Below are positions 29,214 to 36,262 of a stretch of DNA of 64,000 bases, in pieces. The stretch covers positions 481,160 to 545,159 of the forward strand of contig OZ253452.1 in assembly GCA_965261425.1 (NCBI GenBank). Reading direction: 5' to 3'. The translations under genes and the position numbers were made by a program. Numbering within the stretch: the stretch's first letter is position 1; the number at the start of each line of letters is the position of its first letter. A model generated the notes under the pieces. The model was not told where the DNA came from. It was given only the letters and a program-made list of their open reading frames with translations, and ran no database searches. Source of the stretch: Candidatus Spongiihabitans sp. (GTDB taxonomy: Bacteria; Pseudomonadota; Gammaproteobacteria; Arenicellales; Poriferihabitantaceae).

Positions 29214-30664
29214 ATTCAAATATGATAAACGACGACGCTAAAGAAGAAGCCGTCAGTTTGAGGATGGGAGTACAAACCGTAGGCTGGTTGTCACTGTTGA
29301 TTGTTCCGTGGACGATCTACTATTCGACAGATTGGACTGCGTTAAATGTTTCCACACCGGTTAGTTACTGCATTCTACTGTTGCTATGTGCGGTGCTTAT
29401 GTGGGTTTTTCGTTTAGTACCTGATTTTGTGCCCAGTATTTTTCTGTTGATAGGCTGCTTATTCTTAGGTGTTGCTCCGCCTAATGTTATATTTTCAGGC
29501 TATGGGTCGACAACTTTTTTCTTGGCACTTAGTGTCTTGAGTTTAAGCGGTGTCATCATGCGTTCGGGGTTGAGTAAACGGATTATTCTGTATGCTATGC
29601 ACAAAGGCCGGCCAAATAATAAGTTTTTATTCTCTACCATCGTGTTCTTTTTTGGTATTGTCTCAACACCATTCATTCCCAGCACCAATGCACGGTCTTC
29701 CATGATAGCACCTTTTCTTGATGATGCGCTAAAACATATCCCACAAAACTCCAAAGAACATCAGCGACTGATTATTTCCCTGTTGAGCGGGATTAGTCTG
29801 CTTTCGCCAATGTTTCTCAGTGCTAAATCAATCAATTTGCTATTCTGGGGTATGCTCTCCGTTCAGGATCAAAATGTTTTCAATTATATATTCTGGGTTA
29901 TCGCAGCCGCGGTGCCGGGGGTTATTATGGTTATCCTGTTTTTAATTGTTCAGGGGTTATTGTTTTGGAATAACGAACACATCGTCATTAACCGAGAGTT
30001 TATTGAACAGCAATATCGTAGTTTGCCCAAACTGAGTAAACAGGAAATAATAGGATTTGTTGCTTTAATTGCTTTCGTTGTCTTGATTCTTACTTACTCC
30101 TATCATCGGATTGATATTTATTTGGTTGCCTTTATGGTGTTTTTTGCGTTGTTGTTTTTTAATGTTCTCGACAAGCAACAAATTTCTTCTTCCATCGACT
30201 GGAGTTTTCTGATTTTCCTCGGTGCAATGATTGGCTTTACGCAGGTTATTCAGTTTTTGAATCTCGGTGATTTTATTACATCTGGACTTTCTTGGTTGAT
30301 GCAGTACTTGAAAACCAATATATTCCTGTTTATAATTTACCTGTCATCGGTGGTTTTTCTGTTTCGTCTGTTCATGCCTATTAACGCAACAGTTATTTTA
30401 TTGGCGGGCGCGTTGATACCTGCTACGGCAATTTATGGGAACTATGCGTGGATAATAGGGTTCATTATTTTAATGATGTCGGAGTCTTATATATTGCCAT
30501 ATCAAGCCAGTTACTATATGCAGTGTGAATCTATTTTAGGAAAACGTCACGCGCAAGCACTCCGTTCGCATCGGGTTTACGCGGTCAATGGGTTAACCTT
30601 TTTAATCAAGCTTATTGCGATTTTGTTGTCGGTGCCGTACTGGGATTTGTTGGGGATATTGTGA
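29210..30664 (+). CDS. DASS/SLC13-type anion:cation symporter family membrane protein
   Basis: 484 aa with ~12 or more TM segments. The hairpin-tip motif IPSTNARSSMIAPF resembles the DASS SNT-AR signature. Confidence 0.6.
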   Translation: MNSNMINDDAKEEAVSLRMGVQTVGWLSLLIVPWTIYYSTDWTALNVSTPVSYCILLLLCAVLMWVFRLVPDFVPSIFLLIGCLFLGVAPPNVIFSGYGSTTFFLALSVLSLSGVIMRSGLSKRIILYAMHKGRPNNKFLFSTIVFFFGIVSTPFIPSTNARSSMIAPFLDDALKHIPQNSKEHQRLIISLLSGISLLSPMFLSAKSINLLFWGMLSVQDQNVFNYIFWVIAAAVPGVIMVILFLIVQGLLFWNNEHIVINREFIEQQYRSLPKLSKQEIIGFVALIAFVVLILTYSYHRIDIYLVAFMVFFALLFFNVLDKQQISSSIDWSFLIFLGAMIGFTQVIQFLNLGDFITSGLSWLMQYLKTNIFLFIIYLSSVVFLFRLFMPINATVILLAGALIPATAIYGNYAWIIGFIILMMSESYILPYQASYYMQCESILGKRHAQALRSHRVYAVNGLTFLIKLIAILLSVPYWDLLGIL

Positions 30665-31749
30665 TTTCGAAATTTACCCGTATGCCTATGCGCGACATGA
30701 TTGCGCCCATTTTAGCACTATTGTTTTTTGTCGAGATGGGTAGCTTTTTCATTATCTCCAGTGCAAGTAAAGTAAAGATTTTAATTCTGCACAGTTACAC
30801 GCCCGAATATTCGTGGACTGAGGGTATCAATAATGGTATCGACCGGATTCTGTCCGATAAAAAATGGATTGGCAACAAGTGGATTGATATTAGCTACCAC
30901 TACATGGCAACAAAAAATGCCGACGCTACTCAAAAAAGACGAGCACAAAAAAACGCTCACCGTGGCATCGAAAATGGTGAACCCGATATCCTCATCGCCA
31001 TTGACGATAATGCGAATTCTTTGGTGGCTAAAGAGTATGTGAATAGTCGGAAAATGAATATCATTTTTGCCGGGGCCAATGGCAGTGTCGCCCCTTACGG
31101 ATATGAGAATGCCTCCAACGTTACTGGCATCTATGAACACAAGCCGGTAGCGGCACTGGTTGAGTTGATTGACGTTATCAATAAATATGAAGAAAAGACA
31201 GTTTCGGTGGTTTTTGTATCCGATAAGAGTAGCTCAGCACAACTTGATGCTGAACACATGAAGCAAGCCTATTGGGGAAAGGTTTCTTATGAAGGGCATA
31301 TAAGTGTCGATAGTTTTTCTGAATGGAAAAAGGTTATCCTTAATTTGCCCGATAATATTGATTACGTTTTAGTGGGCGGTTATCGTAAACTAAAACTTCT
31401 TGACGGTTCAAACAGGCGGGCTTCCTCCACTGCGGTTGCTCATTGGACTGCAAAGAACTCAACACCAATAGTACTTGGTTTGAATGTATTTAATTCTGAG
31501 GATGGGGTGCCCATATCGGTAGGTGTATCACCTTATGAGCAAGGGGAAATGATTGGATACATGGTGACAAATCTGATAAAAACGGGACGACCTGCGGGGG
31601 ATTTTGAACACATATATCCCAGTCAATATGTTTATTCCTTTAATGGGAACACGGTCGTTAATAATTCAAAAATATACAACAAATCAATTGGCTTGGTAGA
31701 GGCCTTTGCTCGGGCATCCAATCACTATTACCAAACAATCGACGGGTGA
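30661..31749 (+). CDS. Membrane-anchored periplasmic protein with ABC-substrate-binding-like (PF04392-type) sensor domain, no output domain
   Basis: The GTG start overlaps the upstream stop (GTGA). It has one N-terminal TM helix. The following KILILHSYTPEYSWTEGINNGIDRIL motif typically opens the periplasmic domain of many sensor kinases and cyclases. Confidence 0.5.
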   Translation: MISKFTRMPMRDMIAPILALLFFVEMGSFFIISSASKVKILILHSYTPEYSWTEGINNGIDRILSDKKWIGNKWIDISYHYMATKNADATQKRRAQKNAHRGIENGEPDILIAIDDNANSLVAKEYVNSRKMNIIFAGANGSVAPYGYENASNVTGIYEHKPVAALVELIDVINKYEEKTVSVVFVSDKSSSAQLDAEHMKQAYWGKVSYEGHISVDSFSEWKKVILNLPDNIDYVLVGGYRKLKLLDGSNRRASSTAVAHWTAKNSTPIVLGLNVFNSEDGVPISVGVSPYEQGEMIGYMVTNLIKTGRPAGDFEHIYPSQYVYSFNGNTVVNNSKIYNKSIGLVEAFARASNHYYQTIDG

Positions 31750-32234
31750 TGTCAATCATCATTCACAGAACATTCGTAGAAAAGTTGTTTATTGAGGTCT
31801 TTGCTGGTATGATTGGCAAAGACTGTTTTTTTAAGCACAGTGTTGCACTTGTGAGTTGCAATTCACCAATTACCCTTGGAGTTTTATTATGAAAAAATTT
31901 ATTATTACATTTTTTAGTATTGTCTTTTTGTTACCTGCTTTTGCTTATGCAGGTTCCTATTGTGTTGAGGCCTTTGCTCGGGCATCCAATCACTATTACC
32001 AAACAATCGACGGGTGATGTCAATCATCATTCACAGAACATTCGTAGAAAAGTTGTTTATTGAGGTCTTTGCTGGTATGATTGGCAAAGACTGTTTTTTT
32101 AAGCACAGTGTTGCACTTGTGAGTTGCAATTCACCAATTACCCTTGGAGTTTTATTATGAAAAAATTTATTATTACATTTTTTAGTATTGTCTTTTTGTT
32201 ACCTGCTTTTGCTTATGCAGGCTCCTATTGTGTT
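31699..32234 (+). repeat. 268-bp tandem duplication (2 copies)
   Basis: 31699-31966 and 31967-32234 are near-identical. Each copy spans the last ~17 codons of the 30661-31749 gene, the intergenic region and the first 26 codons of the array gene. Confidence 0.9.
31889..32017 (+). pseudogene. Chimeric 42-codon stub: array-gene signal peptide fused to the 3' end of the upstream gene
   Basis: ATG at 31889 with the same RBS (GGAG). It translates MKKFIITFFSIVFLLPAFAYAGSYCV|EAFARASNHYYQTIDG-stop. It is below the ORF-track size cut-off. Confidence 0.7.
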
Positions 32235-32738
32235 AAAGTCCCGACAAGTGGGAATAGCAAGTGGACAAAACGTGACAACCATATCCCCATTAGGTTCTTC
32301 TTTACATACGAAATCGTGTATAAGGACGGTAGTGTTTGGGCAAGGATACATGAGAATAGAATAGGTGCCAATCAAACTGGATACAAACATTTTCGTGTTA
32401 GTGGTGGGAGCAATGATAGATCCCATTTCGAATACAAGTATATTGGCTACGGAGCTTCTGACTACTGTCTTGATCTCGATAAATTGACGGCTAACATGAA
32501 CGATGATTTTGATAAGCTCACAAGAGACGGGATTCAGGCTAGCCTACCCGGTATGCGTAGTCGATATTATAACTCTGATTACTCGGTCGTGGTTAAAAAT
32601 ATTAAGGCAGATATAAGATGGGGCGGAGACTGCCCGACAATATCAGGAAATCAGGTTACCTCGGGGAGTAATCATGTAGTTAAAGTCCATCGTCGCCGCG
32701 GTGATCATATCAATCCCTTTGGTTGTAAATGGTGGTGA
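32157..32738 (+). CDS. Secreted 4-Cys protein, variable-core family, paralogue 1 (most divergent)
   Basis: I place the start at MKKFII (32157), with GGAG 8 nt upstream. Sec signal peptide, then conserved YCVK, DYC, GGDCP and HRRRGDHINPFGCKWW-stop. Confidence 0.8.
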   Translation: MKKFIITFFSIVFLLPAFAYAGSYCVKVPTSGNSKWTKRDNHIPIRFFFTYEIVYKDGSVWARIHENRIGANQTGYKHFRVSGGSNDRSHFEYKYIGYGASDYCLDLDKLTANMNDDFDKLTRDGIQASLPGMRSRYYNSDYSVVVKNIKADIRWGGDCPTISGNQVTSGSNHVVKVHRRRGDHINPFGCKWW

Positions 32739-32796
32739 ACCAGAAGCGGGTTTTTACGGGACTTTGTTTTAACAAAGGTTGTTTCCTCCCGCTCAA

Positions 32797-32825
32797 TGCA
32801 ACAAATGGATTTGTTGCATTTTTGT
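32797..32825 (+). terminator. Rho-independent terminator after paralogue 1
   Basis: TGCAACAAA-TGGA-TTTGTTGCA (perfect 9-bp stem) followed by TTTTTGTTTTGTT. It is preceded by a second nested hairpin (CTTTGTT-TT-AACAAAG inside GCGGG...CCCGC). Confidence 0.7.
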
Positions 32826-32840
32826 TTTGTTCGATATAAT
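32811..32840 (+). promoter_or_regulatory. Candidate sigma70 promoter repeated in front of each array gene
   Basis: Perfect -10 TATAAT at 32835-32840 with TTGTTG 18 bp upstream. Equivalent -10 boxes lie at 33565-33570 (TATAAT), 34213-34218 (TGTAAT) and 34849-34854 (TATAAT), each ~45 nt before a GGAG-N8-ATG. Confidence 0.4.
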
Positions 32841-32889
32841 CGTTTTGCCAGTTTAGGAAAGTTGAACTAATTATCCTTGGAGTTTTATT

Positions 32890-33468
32890 ATGAAAAAATT
32901 TATTATTACATTTTTTAGCATTGTCTTTTTGTTACCTGCTTTTGCTTATGCAGGTGCCTATTGCGTTAAATTCCCTTCAGACGGGAATAGCAAGTGGTCA
33001 AAACGTGATAACAACATCCGAGCTAGATTCAAGTATGATTACGAACTAACGTATGAAGGAGGCAGTTTTAAAGGTAATGCCATAGCAAGTGCCAATTTGA
33101 CGTTTCTTGATGTGGGTAATCATGGCTTTCATCTTTCTTACGAGAAGTTTGACTACGGATCTTCTGACTTTTGTATTGACACTGATGGATTGGCAGCCAA
33201 AGTGAGACAATCTGCCACTAGGCATGCTGACGGTGCTACCCATGCTATAAACAAAACGGGGGATGTAACGAAGTCCAACCAGTGGGATGCCATACGGAAT
33301 AATAGGGAAAATTTGGTAGCTACTGTTAAGCGTGTTTGGCTGGATGTCAAGTATGGCGGAGACTGCCCCAAAATCAGTGGCAATCTGCTTGCCTCAGGTA
33401 GGCATATCGTTAAAATCTATCGTCGCCGTGGCGATCATATCAATCCCTTTGGTTGTAAATGGTGGTGA
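32890..33468 (+). CDS. Secreted 4-Cys protein, variable-core family, paralogue 2
   Basis: 192 aa with the same signal peptide and the same N and C modules. The core is unique. Confidence 0.8.
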   Translation: MKKFIITFFSIVFLLPAFAYAGAYCVKFPSDGNSKWSKRDNNIRARFKYDYELTYEGGSFKGNAIASANLTFLDVGNHGFHLSYEKFDYGSSDFCIDTDGLAAKVRQSATRHADGATHAINKTGDVTKSNQWDAIRNNRENLVATVKRVWLDVKYGGDCPKISGNLLASGRHIVKIYRRRGDHINPFGCKWW

Positions 33469-33526
33469 ACCAGAAGCGGGTTTTTACGGGACTTTGTTTT
33501 AACAAAGGCTGTTTCCTCCCGCTCAA

Positions 33527-33556
33527 TACAACAAATGGATTTGTTGCATTTTTGTT
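33527..33556 (+). terminator. Rho-independent terminator after paralogue 2 (one stem mismatch)
   Basis: CAACAAA-TGGA-TTTGTTG followed by CATTTTTGTTTTG. Confidence 0.6.
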
Positions 33557-33619
33557 TTGTTCGATATAATCGTTTTACCAATTTCGGCAAGTTGAACTAA
33601 TTACCCTTGGAGTTTTATT

Positions 33620-34174
33620 ATGAAAAAATTTATTATTGCATTTTTTGGTATTGTCTTTTTGTTACCTGCTTTTGCTTATGCAGGTGCCTATTGCGTTAAA
33701 TTCCCTTCAGACGGGAATAGCAAGTGGTCGAAACGTGATAACAACATCCGCGTTAGATTCAAGTATGAGTACGAAGTCACGAATGAAGGAGGTACGATTC
33801 ATGGTGATGCCATAGCAAGTAGCAATTTGTCGTTTGTTGATTTGGGTGATGATGGCTTTTATCTTAATTATGTGCCTTTTGACTACGGATCTTCTGACCA
33901 TTGTATTGACACTGGTGCATTAGCAGCCAAAGTGGAACAGTCTGGCACTGAGCATGTTCGGGCTGCTGTCCATGCCTCATCAAGGTTAGAGGATTTTGGC
34001 ATGTTGTATCCAGATAATTCGGTAGCTACTATTAAGCGTGTTTGGCTGGATGTCAAGTATGGTGGAGATTGCCCCAAAATCAGTGGCAATCTGCTTACCT
34101 CAGGTAAGCATATCGTTAAAATCCATCGTCGCCGTGGTGATCATATCAATCCCTTTGGTTGTAAATGGTGGTGA
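33620..34174 (+). CDS. Secreted 4-Cys protein, variable-core family, paralogue 3
   Basis: 184 aa. The core is related to paralogue 2 in its first half only. Confidence 0.8.
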   Translation: MKKFIIAFFGIVFLLPAFAYAGAYCVKFPSDGNSKWSKRDNNIRVRFKYEYEVTNEGGTIHGDAIASSNLSFVDLGDDGFYLNYVPFDYGSSDHCIDTGALAAKVEQSGTEHVRAAVHASSRLEDFGMLYPDNSVATIKRVWLDVKYGGDCPKISGNLLTSGKHIVKIHRRRGDHINPFGCKWW

Positions 34175-34267
34175 ACCAGAAGCGGGTTTTTACGGGACTT
34201 TGTTTTGTTTGATGTAATCGTTTTGCCAATTTCGGCAAGTTGAGCTGATTACCCTTGGAGTTTTATT

Positions 34268-34810
34268 ATGAAAAAATTTATTATTACATTTTTTGGTATT
34301 GTCTTTTTGCTACCTGCTTTTGCTTATGCAGGCTCCTATTGCGTTAAGTTCCCTTCAGACGGGAATAGCAAGTGGTCGAAACGTGATAACAACATCCGAG
34401 TTAGATTCAAGTATGATTACGAAATAACGAATGAAGAAGGCAAGCTTGAAGGCAATGCCACAATAGGTAGCAATTTGGTTGATGTGGATCGTGATTACAA
34501 GTATTTTAACTACGGATCTTCTGACTATTGTATTGGTACTGGTGCATTGGCAACTAAAGCGCAACAGTCTGTCGATTGGCATATCTATAATGCCGTTACC
34601 GCAAAGGAAGATTTTTTGTTGCCCAAGTCTACGCACATAACGTATCCACGTAACTCGGTAGCTACTATTAAGCGTATTTGGCTGGATGTCAAGTATGGCG
34701 GAGACTGCCCCAAAATCAGTGGCAATCTGCTTACCTCAGGTAAGCATATCGTTAAAATCCATCGTCGCCGTGGTGATCATATCAATCCCTTTGGTTGTAA
34801 ATGGTGGTGA
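34268..34810 (+). CDS. Secreted 4-Cys protein, variable-core family, paralogue 4
   Basis: 180 aa. The first half of the core is shared with paralogue 5. Confidence 0.8.
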   Translation: MKKFIITFFGIVFLLPAFAYAGSYCVKFPSDGNSKWSKRDNNIRVRFKYDYEITNEEGKLEGNATIGSNLVDVDRDYKYFNYGSSDYCIGTGALATKAQQSVDWHIYNAVTAKEDFLLPKSTHITYPRNSVATIKRIWLDVKYGGDCPKISGNLLTSGKHIVKIHRRRGDHINPFGCKWW

Positions 34811-34903
34811 ACCAGAAGCGGGTTTTTACGGGACTTTGTTTTGTTTGATATAATCGTTTTGCCAATTTCGGCAAGTTGAACTAATTACTCTTGGGGTTTT
34901 ATT

Positions 34904-35437
34904 ATGAAAAAATTTATTATTACATTTTTTGGTATTGTCTTTTTGCTACCTGCTTTTGCTTATGCAGGCTCCTATTGCGTTAAGTTCCCTTCAGACGGGA
35001 ATAGCAAGTGGTCGAAACGTGATAACAACATCGGAGTTAGATTCAAGTATGATTACGAAATAACGAATGAAGAAGGCAAGCTTAAAGATAATGCCACAAC
35101 AGGTAGCAATTTGGTTGATGTGGATCGTGATTACAAGTATTTTGACTACGGTTCTTCTGACTATTGTATTGACACTGATGCATTAGCGGATGTAGCGCAA
35201 CGATTTGTCGCTTGGCATATCTATCATGCCACAGACCTAGATCCGTTACGACCGAATGATCGTGTACGGTATCCACCTAACTCGGTAGCTACTATTAAGC
35301 GTGTTTGGCTGGATGTCAAGTATGGCGGAGATTGCCCCAAAATCAGTGGCAATCTGCTTACCTCAGGTAAGCATATCGTTAAAATCCATCGTCGCCGTGG
35401 TGATCATATCAATCCCTTTGGTTGTAAGTGGTGGTGA
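34904..35437 (+). CDS. Secreted 4-Cys protein, variable-core family, paralogue 5
   Basis: 177 aa. The second half of the core is unique and contains an indel. Confidence 0.8.
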   Translation: MKKFIITFFGIVFLLPAFAYAGSYCVKFPSDGNSKWSKRDNNIGVRFKYDYEITNEEGKLKDNATTGSNLVDVDRDYKYFDYGSSDYCIDTDALADVAQRFVAWHIYHATDLDPLRPNDRVRYPPNSVATIKRVWLDVKYGGDCPKISGNLLTSGKHIVKIHRRRGDHINPFGCKWW

Positions 35438-35509
35438 AGCAGAAGCGGGTTTTTACGGGACTTTGTTTTACTTGAATTCACATTATAGGTGTAACGCTGT
35501 GGTTAAAAA

Positions 35510-36262
35510 AGACCCTGTAAATAATTCTGTGTAACTGCCAAAGGTTAAATGTAATCCGCCAAGCGGTGCTTAAATTCTATCATAAATCTATTCAATGCTA
35601 ATTTCCAATTTTGGATTGGTATAGTCCGCTTTTTGGATGCCGTATCAATAGCCAGATAAATTACTTTCTTGGCAGGATAGTCCAAAGGAAATAGCTTGCG
35701 TTTTTTAATCGTTTTGCGAATGACACTGTTTAGCGATTCAATGGCCTTAATCGTGTAAATGGCTTTGCGTATATCCTCATGTAGTTGAACAAGGTGTTCA
35801 GGTTATGCCAATGAGCGTGCTATGAACGGCTGATTTGAGGGTATTTGCCATCCCTCCGTTCAGCGAACTCATTCAGTTCCTGCAAAGCTCCTGCTTCCAA
35901 TGCTGAGCGGTAAATCTGTTTCAGGTCAGCCGGCACGGCTTTATAGTCGTTCCAAGATACATATTTCATTAAAATTATGTATCATATGGACAATACACAA
36001 CTGGATTTGGGTATCCGGAAATACCGTATTGATGGCATCTGGAAAGTCTTTCAAACCATCAAACACAGGCAATCAGAATATCCTTCACGCCACGATTGTT
36101 AAGCTCCGTGAGAACATTAAGCCAAAACTTAGCAGCCTCGTTTTCCGATGGCCACATCCCGAGTAATTCCTTGTGTCCCTCCATGTTGACACCTGAGGCA
36201 AGATATGTCTTTGTTGATAACCCGCTTATCTTGGCGAATTTTGACGACAATACTGTCTAGAT
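35510..36262 (-). pseudogene. IS256-family transposase remnant (frameshifted, 5'-truncated by the IS5/IS1182-like copy B)
   Basis: The reverse complement of 35510-35760 is colinear with 28300-28542, ending in ...TTTACAGGGTCT. Track ORF 36059-36250 ([44 protein letters not shown]) is the conserved IS256 catalytic core region. Multiple stops and frameshifts lie between. Confidence 0.8.

Noticed and set aside
34750-34800. The invariant RGD tripeptide (HRRRGDHINPF) in all five array proteins read as an integrin-binding or adhesion motif.
   Set aside because: A tripeptide occurs too easily by chance. There is no evidence for a eukaryotic host interaction. I noted it only as part of the conserved C module.
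32199-35276. Minus-strand ORFs inside each array gene, for example 33153-33383 and 33883-34089, which share MPLILGQSPPYLTSSQTRL.
   Set aside because: They are conserved only because they are antisense to the invariant C module. They have no RBS or start context and are interrupted in some copies.
32157-35437. A diversity-generating retroelement (DGR) as the source of the variable cores in the five-gene array.
   Set aside because: There is no reverse transcriptase and no template repeat in the window. The differences include indels and whole-block replacements rather than substitutions confined to adenine-templated positions. Gene conversion or recombination fits better.
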